A stretch of 64,000 nt of DNA from positions 499,956 to 563,955 of the forward strand of contig CAXXKT010000003.1 in the NCBI GenBank assembly GCA_963662405.2. The letters are read 5' to 3'. The position numbers were made by a program, and so were the translations under genes. The notes under the pieces are model-generated. The model saw only the letters and a program-made list of their open reading frames with translations, searched no databases and was not told the DNA's origin. Position 1 is the stretch's first letter, and the number at the start of each line of letters is the position of its first letter. Positions 8,485-19,774 of this stretch are shown one piece after another. Origin of the DNA: Syntrophales bacterium. Lineage in GTDB: Bacteria > Desulfobacterota > Syntrophia > Syntrophales > UBA2210.

Positions 8485-9456
8485 TCACGCTCCCTGGATT
8501 ACGCGCACCCAATCAAGCGTATACCTCTGCGCCTTGTAGGCGTCGGGAGCCACGAAGAAACCGATATGCGACGCCTTGTCGATCCACAGTAACTGAGATC
8601 CTACAATGGCTTCATGGGCATAGGAGGCGTCGCGCGGCGGGACGTCGTTATCGGCGTCGCCGTGGATGATCAACGTCGGCGCACTGACCGTGTCGAGCGG
8701 CAGTTTGTCGATAGCCGCGCCAAGGGCGATATCGTTCTCCGCACCCGCTTTGCGCTCATCAAAGCGGTCACTCATGGTTTTGAACATGGCATCGATGAAG
8801 GCGAACTTGTTTTCATCGCTCACGATCTCCTTGACGCGCCGGCCCAGATCGTGTTTCTCTAGGGTGCTTTCGGTCCGCAGGAAACCTTTGACGACCGATG
8901 CCGGGAAATGCTTGAAGAAGTATCCCATCAACCATTGCCCCGGCCTGCTGAGATACATCCATTCCTCGACCTTGTTGATGTCGTCACCCTTGGTATAGTG
9001 CATGCTGATCCCGTCCATGATCACCAAGGCCTTCACCTTCTCCGGGTGGCGCTGTGCCAGTTGATATCCTGCCGGGCCTCCCCCGGAGGCACCGAATACG
9101 ATTGCCCGGGGTATATGCAGGGCGTCCAGAAGGGCGGCCAACAGATCCCCCTGTTCCTCGGCCCTCTTTCCGCATTGCGACGGTGTGTCGAGATATCCCG
9201 GCCGTGACGGCGCGATGATCGTGAAACCATTCTTGCGGAACAGTTCGCCCAGGACCAGTGCCTGGTCGTAGCCGCCGGGCCCGCCGTGGGCAACCAGGAC
9301 CTCCGGTCCTTTACCCCTGACGGCGTATTCAACGGGACCGGAGGCCGTCTCGATGGTTTGCGACGGATAGGTCAAACAGGCCCGAAGATCATCCGCCGTA
9401 ACGATCTGATTTTCAGGCAAAGACTCTGTGAGATCACGAGACAATAAAACGGTCAT
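8485..9456 (-). CDS. Alpha/beta-fold hydrolase
   Basis: HGGPGG, SRPGY, GASGGG nucleophile, HGDAD, catalytic His in ASH. Confidence 0.85.
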   Translation of the reverse strand: MTVLLSRDLTESLPENQIVTADDLRACLTYPSQTIETASGPVEYAVRGKGPEVLVAHGGPGGYDQALVLGELFRKNGFTIIAPSRPGYLDTPSQCGKRAEEQGDLLAALLDALHIPRAIVFGASGGGPAGYQLAQRHPEKVKALVIMDGISMHYTKGDDINKVEEWMYLSRPGQWLMGYFFKHFPASVVKGFLRTESTLEKHDLGRRVKEIVSDENKFAFIDAMFKTMSDRFDERKAGAENDIALGAAIDKLPLDTVSAPTLIIHGDADNDVPPRDASYAHEAIVGSQLLWIDKASHIGFFVAPDAYKAQRYTLDWVRVIQGA

Positions 9457-9791
9457 AGATACGCCCCTTCAATGATTATATGATACCTTAGCACAGGACG
9501 GAAAGCAGATGCACGCCGATCAAACAATATCTCATCTGTGCCGGCATAACTCAAATTCCGGCTCATTTTCCTGCGGCGTTGTATCTTTTGTATCCGGTGA
9601 AGGATACGCATCGGCTCCCCTTGATGATTCATGAAAGCCAACCATCCTGGACATGGTATCGACCAAAGAGGCGACACCTTGAGGAACATCTTCGGTTTTC
9701 TGCTTTTCAATAGTCTGTGCCCTTGAAATATGCATAAGAATGATTAATTTGAAGGGTGTCTCAAGACTTTGGAAAGGAGATAGTGCACGCT

Positions 9792-10364
9792 ATGCTGAAG
9801 ATGATGGCCGTCGGTCCGATCCAGGCCAACTGTTATATTCTGGGATGCAAAGAGACTCTGGATGGTGCCGTCATCGACCCCGGGGGCGAGGCGCTTCGCA
9901 TCGCGAAGGTGATAACCGATGCCGGTCTCAGAATCAAATATATCCTGATTACGCACGGACACCCGGATCATACCGGCGCCGCCCGGGAACTGAAAGGTAT
10001 TGTCAAGGCCCCGGTGTGGATACACCGGCTGGATGCCTCTGGGCTGGGGTTTCCCCCCGACGGGGAACTCTTTGACGGCCAGGAGATCGAAGTCGGCACC
10101 TACCGGCTCACGGTGCTCCATACCCCCGGACATTCTCCCGGCGGTGTGAGCCTGTCCGCGCCGGGCGCGGTCTTTACGGGTGACACCCTTTTTTACGGTT
10201 CCATCGGACGCACCGACTTTCCGGGCGGCGACTACAACGGACTGATCGATGGGGTGAGGGAAAAGATATTCCCCCTGGGGGACGATATCCGCGTCTATCC
10301 GGGGCACGGACCCGTCACCACCATCGGGCGGGAACGGCGGACGAATCCGTTTTTCAGGCAGTGA
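9792..10364 (+). CDS. MBL-fold metallo-hydrolase (glyoxalase II/YcbL-like)
   Basis: THGHPDH, HTPGHSPG, FTGDTLF..SIGRTD, YPGHG, ERRTNPF. Confidence 0.9.
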   Translation: MLKMMAVGPIQANCYILGCKETLDGAVIDPGGEALRIAKVITDAGLRIKYILITHGHPDHTGAARELKGIVKAPVWIHRLDASGLGFPPDGELFDGQEIEVGTYRLTVLHTPGHSPGGVSLSAPGAVFTGDTLFYGSIGRTDFPGGDYNGLIDGVREKIFPLGDDIRVYPGHGPVTTIGRERRTNPFFRQ

Positions 10365-10759
10365 CGGGTGAGATCAGGTGCCCAGGAGCGGCGACTCTCG
10401 GTACGAGGGTTAAATGCGCTTCATCTGAACCGGACACCCGGATACCAAGAATAGGCAAGATGGCCTCCTAATTCCGCTCAGGATCTCATCGCCTTCAAGA
10501 CCGCACGGCTCAAAGAAATCCGCTGCTCCGGAGGCGAGGGAATGGGGATGTTTCTAACGGAAACGCGAGGCTATACGTGAACGATGAAGAGCGGTTACAG
10601 TAGATAAAAACACGCAAGCCAACACCGTGTGTGACTGTATGATACCGGGCCTCGGCGCCTTCTCCGGTGATCGTCAGGCCTCTGACACCCTTTCGGGTCG
10701 CCGGGTTCCCCCGCGATCATCAGCACCCCGCCCGCCCTGGTTCGGGAGGGGGGGTGCGC

Positions 10760-11248
10760 CTAGAGATCATAGAGGGTTTCGTCCACGCGGGGGGCCGGAC
10801 GTTTCCCCCCCCGTGCGCTGGTATCTTCCAGTGAGAAGGGGTTTTCGTTGTCGAAGAGGTCGCCCATCTCCTCCTCGATCTTTTCGGGGTCCTCCCCCCG
10901 TTCCATCCTGCTGAGGGCGTCTTCCAGCTCCGGTTTGAGTCTGAGCCCGGTTGCCTCGGAGAGCTTTCTCATCATCGCTGCGGCCTGACGGGGATCGTCC
11001 TCGTCCATCCGTTCCGCCTCTCTCCCCAGCATCTCCATGGCACGGGCCATCTTTGCCTCGTCGATCGGGGGGAGGTTGTCTTCCGCTTCACCCTTTTGCC
11101 CGGAGACGACGGAGAAGATCGACATCCGGCGCTCCAGCTTTTTCGTCTTGCATTGGGGGCAGGAGGGGATCTTCTCGGTATTGACCGATTTTGAAAAGAA
11201 ATTAAAGATAGTATTGCATCGTGCGCAGTAAAATTCATAGATGGGCAT
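10760..11248 (-). CDS. FmdB-family zinc-ribbon protein
   Basis: MPIYEFYCxxC...CPQC N-terminus with an acidic helical C-terminal region. Confidence 0.85.
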   Translation of the reverse strand: MPIYEFYCARCNTIFNFFSKSVNTEKIPSCPQCKTKKLERRMSIFSVVSGQKGEAEDNLPPIDEAKMARAMEMLGREAERMDEDDPRQAAAMMRKLSEATGLRLKPELEDALSRMERGEDPEKIEEEMGDLFDNENPFSLEDTSARGGKRPAPRVDETLYDL

Positions 11249-11272
11249 AGCGTACCTCGTATTCAGGAAGAT

Positions 11273-14107
11273 TTATACTGATAAACGATCGTTCTGATCC
11301 GCGAGGATCCCTTTCAGAAAGCTCCCGGTGAGTGATTTTTCAGCGCGGGCTACCTCTTCCGGGGTCCCGGCGGCGACGATCTGTCCCCCCCCGTCTCCTC
11401 CTTCCGGACCCATGTCGATGATGTAGTCCGCCGACTTGATGACATCAAGGTTGTGCTCTATCACCACGACGGTGTTCCCCATGTCAACCAGCCGTGAGAG
11501 GACGATGAGAAGCCGCTCGATATCGGCGAAGTGGAGGCCTATCGTCGGTTCGTCGAGGATGTAGAGTGTCCCGGTGGTCAGTCGTTTTCCCAGCTCCCGT
11601 GCCAGTTTGATCCGTTGTGCTTCTCCACCCGAGAAGGTTGTGGCCGACTGCCCCAGCTTGATGTATCCCATCCCCACGTCGAAGAGGAGCTGGAGCTTCG
11701 ATCGTATCGGGGGGATATTGTCAAAGAAGGCAAGGGCCTGGTTGACCGTCATGTCGAGGACATCGGCGATACTGCTCCCCTTGTAGCGTACCTCCAGGGT
11801 ATCCCGGTTGAACCGTTTCCCGTGGCAGGCATCGCAGGTGATGTACACATCGGGGAGAAAGTGCATCTCGATCTTTTTGACGCCTTCTCCCTGGCACGCC
11901 TCGCATCGTCCCCCTCTGACGTTGAAGCTGAAACGTCCCGGTTTATAGCCCCGCACCCGCGCTTCGGGGAGCTGGCTGAAGAGATCGCGGATATGGGTCA
12001 GCACCCCCGTGTAGGTAGCGGGGTTCGATCGGGGGGTGCGCCCGATCGGTTGCTGATCCATAGTGATGACCCGTTCTATGCCTCCAAAATCGCTCACCCT
12101 GCTTATCTTCCCCGACTTACCCCGGTACTGGTTCAGACGACGGCGAAGCGCTTTGTACAGGGTCTCGATGACCAGGGTACTCTTCCCCGACCCGGAGACA
12201 CCGGTAACACAGGTAAAGACATTCGTGGGGACCCTGATATCGATATCCTTGAGGTTGTTCTCCGATGCCCCCTCTATGACGATAAAACGACCCGAGGTCG
12301 GGCGTCGCTCCTCGGGGATGGGGATGGATAAGCGCCCCGAGAGGTATTGCCCGGTGAGTGAAACATCCGATCTGAGGATCTCTTCCGGTGTCCCCTGAAA
12401 GATGATTTCCCCCCCATGAACCCCCGCCCCGGGGCCGACGTCGATGATGTTATCGGCGCAGTTCATGATATCGGTGTCGTGTTCGACGACGAGGACGGTG
12501 TTTCCCATATCGCGGAGACGTTTCAGCGTGGCTGCGAGTCGCATGCTGTCTCGCGGATGAAGGCCGATTGTTGGTTCGTCCAGGACATAGAGGACGCCGA
12601 CGAGGCCGGATCCGATCTGTGTGGCGAGACGAATCCGTTGCGCCTCTCCTCCCGAGAGGGTGCCGGATGATCGGGCGAGGCTGAGATAGTCCATACCAAC
12701 GTCGATGAGGAAGGCCAGTCGTTCACGAATCTCCTTCCGTATCCGCTGGGAGATCAGTTCATCGGTATGCGAGAGGGAGAGACCATCGAAGAAGTGCATG
12801 CATTGCCGGATCGACAGCCGGCATATCTCGTCGATATTTTTCCCCCCCACCGTTACGGCAAGACTTTCTCTCTTCAGCCGTCCCCCTTCGCAGAGAGGGC
12901 AGTCGTTGACATTCATGTAGTGGGCCAGTTCCATGCGGGCACTGCCGTTTGCATCCTCCCGGTATGTCTCCTCCAGCTTTTCGAGGATGCCGACAAAACG
13001 TCGCTGATAGAAGTGTCGCCTCCCGCCCCGGTCGAAATAGAAGCCGATCTTCTCGTCACCCGAACCATGCAGAAGGACATGCCTGACCCGCTCGGGAAGT
13101 TTATTGAATGGGGTGTTGATGTCGAATTGGTAGTGGCGTGAAAGGGCTTCGAGCATCTGATGAAAGTAGATCGAGTCCTTACGCTCCCACGGGGCGATCG
13201 CCCCCTCCCGTATGGAGAGCCCGGGATCGGGAACGATCAGATTTTCATCGAAATAGATCTGTGTCCCCAGACCGCCGCACTCGGGGCAGGCCCCATACGG
13301 GCTGTTGAAGGAAAATATACGCGGGGCCAGTTCCGGCATGCTGATGCCGCAGACGGGGCAGGCGTAATTTTCACTAAACACCATCTCCTCTTCGTCAAGG
13401 GCCTGAACGGTGACCAGTCCTTCCGAGAGTTTCAGGGCGATCTCGAATGAATCTCTCAGGCGTCTGCCGATATCGGCCTTGATGATCAGGCGGTCGACCA
13501 CTACCTCGATGTTGTGGCGCTTGTTCTTTTCCAAGGGGATTTCTTCGGCAAGGTCTCTCACCATTCCATCGACGCGTACGCGGGCGAATCCCTCTTTACG
13601 AAGTGTTGTCAGTTCCTTATGAAACTCCCCCTTTTTCCCCCGGACGATCGGGGACATGACGTTGATCTTCGTCCCTTCGGGGAGGGCCTGCACCCGGTCA
13701 GCCATCATGTCGACGGTCTGTGCCTCGATCGGCCGTCCGCAGTTGTAACAGTGGGGGATTCCCACCCGGGCGAAGAGGAGACGGAGATAGTCATATATCT
13801 CGGTGACTGTGCCGACCGTGGAACGAGGATTGCGGCTTGCCGTTCTTTGCTCAATGGCGATCGCGGGGGAAAGCCCCTCGATCGATTCGACCTCCGGCTT
13901 GTCCATCTGGCCGATGAACTGGCGCGCATATGTCGAGAGTGACTCCACATACCGCCGCTGTCCTTCGGCGTAGATGGTATCGAAGGCCAAAGAAGACTTC
14001 CCTGAACCGGAAACGCCGGTAATGACGACTAGTTGATCCCTTGGGATGTCAAGATTGATATTCCTGAGGTTGTGTTGATTTGCACCTCGTATCTTAATAT
14101 AATTCAT
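11273..14107 (-). CDS. uvrA: Excinuclease ABC subunit A
   Basis: Two GVSGSGKS Walker A motifs, [12 protein letters not shown], zinc fingers, SGGEAQR signatures. Confidence 0.98.
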   Translation of the reverse strand: MNYIKIRGANQHNLRNINLDIPRDQLVVITGVSGSGKSSLAFDTIYAEGQRRYVESLSTYARQFIGQMDKPEVESIEGLSPAIAIEQRTASRNPRSTVGTVTEIYDYLRLLFARVGIPHCYNCGRPIEAQTVDMMADRVQALPEGTKINVMSPIVRGKKGEFHKELTTLRKEGFARVRVDGMVRDLAEEIPLEKNKRHNIEVVVDRLIIKADIGRRLRDSFEIALKLSEGLVTVQALDEEEMVFSENYACPVCGISMPELAPRIFSFNSPYGACPECGGLGTQIYFDENLIVPDPGLSIREGAIAPWERKDSIYFHQMLEALSRHYQFDINTPFNKLPERVRHVLLHGSGDEKIGFYFDRGGRRHFYQRRFVGILEKLEETYREDANGSARMELAHYMNVNDCPLCEGGRLKRESLAVTVGGKNIDEICRLSIRQCMHFFDGLSLSHTDELISQRIRKEIRERLAFLIDVGMDYLSLARSSGTLSGGEAQRIRLATQIGSGLVGVLYVLDEPTIGLHPRDSMRLAATLKRLRDMGNTVLVVEHDTDIMNCADNIIDVGPGAGVHGGEIIFQGTPEEILRSDVSLTGQYLSGRLSIPIPEERRPTSGRFIVIEGASENNLKDIDIRVPTNVFTCVTGVSGSGKSTLVIETLYKALRRRLNQYRGKSGKISRVSDFGGIERVITMDQQPIGRTPRSNPATYTGVLTHIRDLFSQLPEARVRGYKPGRFSFNVRGGRCEACQGEGVKKIEMHFLPDVYITCDACHGKRFNRDTLEVRYKGSSIADVLDMTVNQALAFFDNIPPIRSKLQLLFDVGMGYIKLGQSATTFSGGEAQRIKLARELGKRLTTGTLYILDEPTIGLHFADIERLLIVLSRLVDMGNTVVVIEHNLDVIKSADYIIDMGPEGGDGGGQIVAAGTPEEVARAEKSLTGSFLKGILADQNDRLSV

Positions 14108-14132
14108 AGGTGATGTTGATGCCGGTCAAGTG

Positions 14133-15095
14133 TTACAATCGTATCTCGATAAGGGATTTTGCCCTCACTTCATCCATCCATTCTGCGAACTTTTTTTTCA
14201 TTTTTTCGTTCCCTATCTTTCCGACAATCTCTTCCCGTACCTCTTGAATGGGTTTGATCCCCGCCCCCCTGCAGTCGATGATTTTGATGATGTGGAACCC
14301 GATGGGAGATTCGATGACGTCACTGACCTCGCCCTTTCGCAAGCTGAAGGCCGCCTTATCCACTGCGGGGAACATCAGCCCCTTTTCGACAAAACCCAGG
14401 TCTCCACCGCTCTCGGCGGCGGGTCCTTGAGAGTGTTTGCCGACCATGATGGTGAACGATGTGCCACCCTTTATCTGGTGCAGGATTTCTTCTGACTGTG
14501 CCCGCAGCTTTTCTATGTCTCCGCTTTGGGCACCCTTCGGTTTCATGATCAATATCTGCTGGAGTCTGTTTGCCTCTTTTCCTTCATATTCATCCCGGTG
14601 CTTGGCGTAATACGCCCCTATTTCCTCCTCGCCGACAGACACCTTCGATTTTACCGTTTTGTCTATCAGTCTTCGTTTGAGGCGCTCGCGTCTGATCTCA
14701 TCTCTGTAATCCTTCATCGTCCCCCCTTCTCTTGCGAGGGCTTCCCTGAATTGTTCAGTCGTCAGGTTTTTGTCTTCCAGAATACTCTCAAAGATTGTTT
14801 CAACTTCTTTGTCGGTCACGTCGATCTTAAGCTTCGCCGCTTCCTGTGTGATGATCATACGCTCTATCATCTGTTTCACGATAGTTGTCCGTGCCTGACT
14901 CATCACCTTTGCACGTTTCTCCTCAGGGATCTGCTCAATACGCTCCATAACAGGCTGGAGGGCGGTCTCCAGCTCGGAAAGGGTGATGACGTCGTCATTT
15001 ACAACGGCGATGATCCTGTCCTCGAAGGCAGCTGAGATCATCGTCGAGAAAAAAAGAAGCGCAATACCAACGATGCACGACATTAGTGATTTCAT
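14133..15095 (-). CDS. SurA-like parvulin peptidyl-prolyl isomerase
   Basis: Signal peptide, DRIIAVVNDDVITLSEL SurA N-terminus, GGDLG..GEVS..IESPIGFHIIK parvulin domain. Confidence 0.88.
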   Translation of the reverse strand: MKSLMSCIVGIALLFFSTMISAAFEDRIIAVVNDDVITLSELETALQPVMERIEQIPEEKRAKVMSQARTTIVKQMIERMIITQEAAKLKIDVTDKEVETIFESILEDKNLTTEQFREALAREGGTMKDYRDEIRRERLKRRLIDKTVKSKVSVGEEEIGAYYAKHRDEYEGKEANRLQQILIMKPKGAQSGDIEKLRAQSEEILHQIKGGTSFTIMVGKHSQGPAAESGGDLGFVEKGLMFPAVDKAAFSLRKGEVSDVIESPIGFHIIKIIDCRGAGIKPIQEVREEIVGKIGNEKMKKKFAEWMDEVRAKSLIEIRL

Positions 15096-15134
15096 GTTTT
15101 ATTCCCCCACGGCGTTCGAAACTCATTCACGTTA

Positions 15135-18100
15135 TCAGAATGTTCCGCCTTCTTCAATCTTAAGTTCTTCGAGGAGTTCGAAGACCTGGGTAATGATCGC
15201 TTTTCCCCCGAGGTCCGGCATGGAGACAAGTAAGCGGTTGTCGGGTGTGAAGCGAACTTCTCCTGGTCGTTCCTGCGAGAGGGTGATGACCTTGGCAGGA
15301 TCGAAGGAGCTGTCTCCCCGGAAGGCGATGGAGAGCTCCGAGCCGTTGTAGTCCATTTTTGTGCTCAGGATCCTTCGGAGTCGGTTCTTGATCCGCATGA
15401 TATCCATCAGGGTGTCCACTTCGGGAGGGACCGGACCGTAACAGTCGGCGAGCCCTTCCCTGATCCCCGGCAGGTCGCTGTCAGAAGAGACCATCGATAT
15501 CCTCTTGTAGGTCATCAGTCGGGTATGCGTGTCCGGGATGAAATCGTCCGGAATGAATGCCGGGACGCCGAGATTGATCTCGGGATCGATCTCCTCTCCG
15601 GGGTATCGCTCTCCTTTCAAGTCACGGATGGTCTTTTCCATCATCTCCGTGTAGAGCTCGTAGCCGATGGCGGATACATGCCCTGATTGGGATATACCCA
15701 GGACGCTCCCGCCCCCGCGGATTGTCAGATCGTGTGTCGCCACCTTGAACCCCGACCCCGGCTCCGAAAACTCCCGTGCGATCTCGAGCCGTTTCCGCGC
15801 GTCGCGTGAGAGGATGGATTCCTCGGGGATGAGGAGATAGGCATAGGCATGTTCATTGCCCCGTCCGACCCGTCCCCGCAATTGATAGAGCTGAGAGAGG
15901 CCGAACCGGTCGGCCCGGTTGATGATGATGGTGTTGGTCGCCGGTATGTCGACGCCGGAGCTTATGATCGTGGTGGAGACAAGGATATCGAAGTCCCGGC
16001 GGACGAATCCGACCATGATGTCTTCGAGTTCCTTGGCTTTCATCTGGCCGTGGGCAACGGCGATCTTTGCCGAGGGAACCAGTTTCCCGATCAGACGCGC
16101 GACGCTGTATATGGACCGAACGCGGTCATGAATAAAGAAGATCTGCCCCCCCCGAGCGAGTTCACGCTCGATTGCTTTCCTGACAAGGTCCTCGTTGAAT
16201 TCGGCCAGGTGAACCTCGACGGGACGACGTTCCTGCGGAGGGGTTTCGATAATGGACAGGTCTCGTATCCCGATAAGAGAAAGCTGAAGGGTCCTCGGTA
16301 TGGGGGTTGCTGTCAGGGTGAGGACGTCGACAAGCGTCCGGAGCTTCTTCAGCCTTTCCTTGTGCGTGACACCGAACCGTTGTTCCTCGTCTATCACCAC
16401 CAGGCCGAGATCCTTGAATCCGACATCTTTCTGCAGGAGCCGGTGTGTGCCGATAACGATGTCCACGAGGCCGCTCCGTATATCGGCGACGATTTTTTTC
16501 TGTTCGGCACTTGTCTTGTACCGGTTCAGGACCTCGATGCGGACGGGATATGGTATGAATCGTTCGGTAAAGGTCCGGTAGTGCTGTTCCGCGAGGATGG
16601 TCGTGGGGACGAGGACCGCCACCTGCCTGCCATCCATCGAGGCCCTGAAGGAGGCCCGCAGTATCACCTCTGTCTTTCCGAACCCGGCATCGCCGCAGAC
16701 GAGCCGGTCCATCGGCTTCGCATCGCTCATGTCGTGGTAGACATCTTCGATCGCCCGCGCCTGGTCGGGGGTCTCCTCGAATGGGAATGACGACGAAAAT
16801 TCTTCATAATCCCTACCCGTGGAGGAAAAGCGGTGTCCCTGCATCACCTCCCTGGCGGCGTAGATCGCGACCAGTTCCTCGGCGATCACCCGTACCGACT
16901 CCTTGACCTTCTTCTTGACCGCCTCCCAGGAGGTGCCACCCAGTTTATCCACCGGGGGGGTGTGACCGTCGGGACCGATATACCGCTGTATCTGGTTCAA
17001 GCGGTCAACCGGGATATAGAGTCGGTCTTGGTCACGGTACTCAAGGAGGAGAAAGTCGCTCTCCACGGTGCCGAAGGTCAACCGCTCGAGTCCCTGGTAC
17101 CGGCCGATACCGTGATCCACGTGGACGACGAAATCGCCCTTTTCCAATTCTCCAAAGGATCTGAGGAAATACCCTTCCCGAGCACTCCCTTTGCGTCTCC
17201 TGCGGATTTTTTTCCCGAATATTTCCTCTTCGCTGACGATGACCGTCTTCAGCGGGGGATAGGAAAATCCATTGCTAATCCGCCCTTCTCTGATGAGGAG
17301 ACGCCCCTCTGCGCCGGATGTGAGATCAGCAAAAAGAGGACCGTCCGGCCGGTAGACGGGAAGTGCGTATTCTTCCAGGAGACGTTCCATCTTGTCGATG
17401 CTTCCCTCAGCGCAGAGGAAGTGCACCCGTGTGCCTTCGGCGATCCATGACCGGGCCCTCTCCGCGAGGGGGGCGAGGATGCCATCCTGCTGTGCGTGAT
17501 GCTCGGCATCGGTCTTCAGTGTGAGGTCATTCGTCTCGAATGAGATCGGATCCATGGCCTGCAGCCGACCGGTATAGACCTTTTGCAGGGGGTATATCTT
17601 TCGGGAAAGTTCATCCCACGATGCCAGGAATCGTTCCTTTTCGAGGAAAAACCTCCCCTCGTCTTCGGCCTTCCGCGCAATCCGATCCGCATTGTTTATG
17701 GCTTCCTCCGCGGCCTTCTCCATCACGCCGGGACTCTCACAGATGACCACCGGATTCCCGGGATGATAATCCAAGAGGGTGCTCAGACCGTTTGACATAC
17801 CATCTGTTTCCGGATCTTCGTAAAATAGAGGCAGGAGTTGCAGGTTTGTCAGGGAGAGCACGTCTTGCTCGATACCTTCGATAAGCCGGCTCCTCCGCGA
17901 CTGTGATATCCCCGATTCATTGAACCGGCTCCTCAGGTTTCGCAGTACCCGTCTCTTCGATTTTTCGGACAGAATCACCTCTCCCGCGGGGGCCAGGGTG
18001 AAATCGACAACCTCTTGCAGGGATCGCTGTGTTGCGGGATCAAATTGCCTGATTGATTCGATCTCGTCACCGATCAGTTCCAACCGGAAGGGAGAAGAAT

Positions 18101-18671
18101 ACGCGGGCGGGAAGATGTCAACGATATTTCCCCGCAGGCTGAATTCTCCCGCCTTTTCGACCAGCGGGGTCCGCTGATAGCCGCCCGCGATTAGCTCGTC
18201 TGCCAGGAGGCCCCGATCTCTCATGTCCCCGATGGAGATGTTCTCCATATAGTGCTCGAATATTCCCACCGGGACGACCCTCTGCATCAAGGCGCTCAGG
18301 GGGGTTACCACCACGGTCGCTTGTCCCACCAGGATACGCGATAGGACACCTGCTCGTCCTGCGGCGATCTCTTCCTGTCGGGAGAAGGTATCGCCCGGGG
18401 TGACGATCTCCCAGGGGGGGAAGAATAGGGCATTCCCTTCGCCGAGGAAGAAGGTCACATCACGGAAGACATTGAGGGCCTCGCGGTGGGAAGTGGTAAC
18501 AAGGAGGAGGGATCTTCCGGTGTTTTTGGAGAGGAGTGAGAGGATGAAGGCCTGCGCGGAGCCTCTGAGGCCACAGATATCCACCTCATCATCCCCCCGT
18601 TGAATCGTGCTGATAAGGGCACGGAGGGAGGAATCCGCAAGGGATGTGTCTGCGTAAACTCGTTTCCTCAC
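15135..18671 (-). CDS. mfd: Transcription-repair coupling factor; probable GTG start near 18671
   Basis: GEFSLRGNIVDIFP, VVHVDHGIGRY (RID), CGDAGFGKTEV, DEEQRFGV, TATPIPRT, QLRGRVGR, TRCF C-terminus. Confidence 0.96.
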   Translation of the reverse strand: MRKRVYADTSLADSSLRALISTIQRGDDEVDICGLRGSAQAFILSLLSKNTGRSLLLVTTSHREALNVFRDVTFFLGEGNALFFPPWEIVTPGDTFSRQEEIAAGRAGVLSRILVGQATVVVTPLSALMQRVVPVGIFEHYMENISIGDMRDRGLLADELIAGGYQRTPLVEKAGEFSLRGNIVDIFPPAYSSPFRLELIGDEIESIRQFDPATQRSLQEVVDFTLAPAGEVILSEKSKRRVLRNLRSRFNESGISQSRRSRLIEGIEQDVLSLTNLQLLPLFYEDPETDGMSNGLSTLLDYHPGNPVVICESPGVMEKAAEEAINNADRIARKAEDEGRFFLEKERFLASWDELSRKIYPLQKVYTGRLQAMDPISFETNDLTLKTDAEHHAQQDGILAPLAERARSWIAEGTRVHFLCAEGSIDKMERLLEEYALPVYRPDGPLFADLTSGAEGRLLIREGRISNGFSYPPLKTVIVSEEEIFGKKIRRRRKGSAREGYFLRSFGELEKGDFVVHVDHGIGRYQGLERLTFGTVESDFLLLEYRDQDRLYIPVDRLNQIQRYIGPDGHTPPVDKLGGTSWEAVKKKVKESVRVIAEELVAIYAAREVMQGHRFSSTGRDYEEFSSSFPFEETPDQARAIEDVYHDMSDAKPMDRLVCGDAGFGKTEVILRASFRASMDGRQVAVLVPTTILAEQHYRTFTERFIPYPVRIEVLNRYKTSAEQKKIVADIRSGLVDIVIGTHRLLQKDVGFKDLGLVVIDEEQRFGVTHKERLKKLRTLVDVLTLTATPIPRTLQLSLIGIRDLSIIETPPQERRPVEVHLAEFNEDLVRKAIERELARGGQIFFIHDRVRSIYSVARLIGKLVPSAKIAVAHGQMKAKELEDIMVGFVRRDFDILVSTTIISSGVDIPATNTIIINRADRFGLSQLYQLRGRVGRGNEHAYAYLLIPEESILSRDARKRLEIAREFSEPGSGFKVATHDLTIRGGGSVLGISQSGHVSAIGYELYTEMMEKTIRDLKGERYPGEEIDPEINLGVPAFIPDDFIPDTHTRLMTYKRISMVSSDSDLPGIREGLADCYGPVPPEVDTLMDIMRIKNRLRRILSTKMDYNGSELSIAFRGDSSFDPAKVITLSQERPGEVRFTPDNRLLVSMPDLGGKAIITQVFELLEELKIEEGGTF

Positions 18672-18690
18672 TAAAAAGCGGTTTCTTGTC

Positions 18691-19602
18691 CTATTTCGAC
18701 ACTTCCAGCATCCTGTCCAGGGCCAGCTTTGCGGGGACACGCATCTCTGCAGGGACCTGCACTTTGTGTTTCATCTCCAGCAGGGCGTCGAGGATGTCGT
18801 CAAGGGTCATACGTTTCATGTCCAGACAGACCAGATCTTCCGATGCCGGGATGAAGGTCTTGTCGGGGTTTTCCTTGTGCAGTTGGTGCATAATCCCCCG
18901 TTCGGTCCCGATAATGACTTCCCGGGCATCCGTCTCACGGGCGAATTTCAGAATCCCTCCGGTGCTTCCGACAAAATCAGCCATTGCGGTAACCTCCGGG
19001 CGACATTCCGGGTGGACGGCGACGGGGGCTTCGGGATGTGCGTTCTTCACCCCCCGGACCTTGTCCGGTGACAGGTTGTTGTGCACGTAACAGAACCCTT
19101 TCCACGGAATGATCTTTTTGTCGGTAAACTGTGCGGTGTACCGTGCGAGATTTCCGTCGGGGACCATGAGGACGGTATCGGTGCCGAGGCTGTTCACAAC
19201 CTTCACGGCGTTGGCGGAGGTGCAACAGATATCGCTGTGGGCTTTGATCTCTGCCGATGAATTGACGTACGTTACGACCTTCGCCTCGGGGTACTGCTCC
19301 TTTGTTCGCTTCAGTTCTTCGACGGTGATCGTGTCGGCGAGGGGGCAGCCCGCCTCGGGACGGGGGAGAAGGACCGTCTTTTCAGGCGAGAGGATCGAGG
19401 CACTTTCCGCCATAAACCGCACCCCGGCAAAGATGATGAGCGGTGCCTGTGTCTCGGCGGCCTCCATGCTCAGGGCCAGCGAATCTCCCAGGATGTCGGC
19501 AATATCCTGGATCTCGTCGGGCTGATAGTAGTGGGCAAGGAGGACGGCATTGTTTTCTTCCAGCAATTTTCTGATCTGATCCTGTTTTTGTATGATGCTC
19601 AT
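18691..19602 (-). CDS. nadA: Quinolinate synthase A
   Basis: LAHYYQ, GDSLAL, GVRFMAE, AGCPLA, YVNSSA, CCTSANA, CYVH, HPEC. Confidence 0.96.
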   Translation of the reverse strand: MSIIQKQDQIRKLLEENNAVLLAHYYQPDEIQDIADILGDSLALSMEAAETQAPLIIFAGVRFMAESASILSPEKTVLLPRPEAGCPLADTITVEELKRTKEQYPEAKVVTYVNSSAEIKAHSDICCTSANAVKVVNSLGTDTVLMVPDGNLARYTAQFTDKKIIPWKGFCYVHNNLSPDKVRGVKNAHPEAPVAVHPECRPEVTAMADFVGSTGGILKFARETDAREVIIGTERGIMHQLHKENPDKTFIPASEDLVCLDMKRMTLDDILDALLEMKHKVQVPAEMRVPAKLALDRMLEVSK

Positions 19603-19774
19603 GTTATTCCCTCTCCGGGAGCGGGGCCCATCTCCCGATACGGAGAATGAATATATCATTGATCATATTTATTCAAGGCAGAAATATTGACAAGATTACG
19701 GGATTCATATAGTAAGGATCATTCACGCGTGACTCCGGGGCCTTATCGGCTCTCCGGGGTCGAGGAGTCGACCC

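Noticed and set aside
9453..9735. Short ORFs between the hydrolase and MBL genes
   Set aside because: No motifs or clear RBS; more likely a divergent promoter region.
10362..10364. Sec read-through at TGA stops of the MBL hydrolase, moeA (21023) and the CxCC gene (53648)
   Set aside because: Each protein is complete at that stop, no Cys-equivalent position is expected, and no convincing SECIS follows.
18672..18740. Extended N-termini from the ORF track (mfd, glyS, recO, gldA, queA, PEP-CTERM, yedE, kinase)
   Set aside because: They overlap neighbouring genes or precede the RBS and conserved family start, so shorter starts were used.
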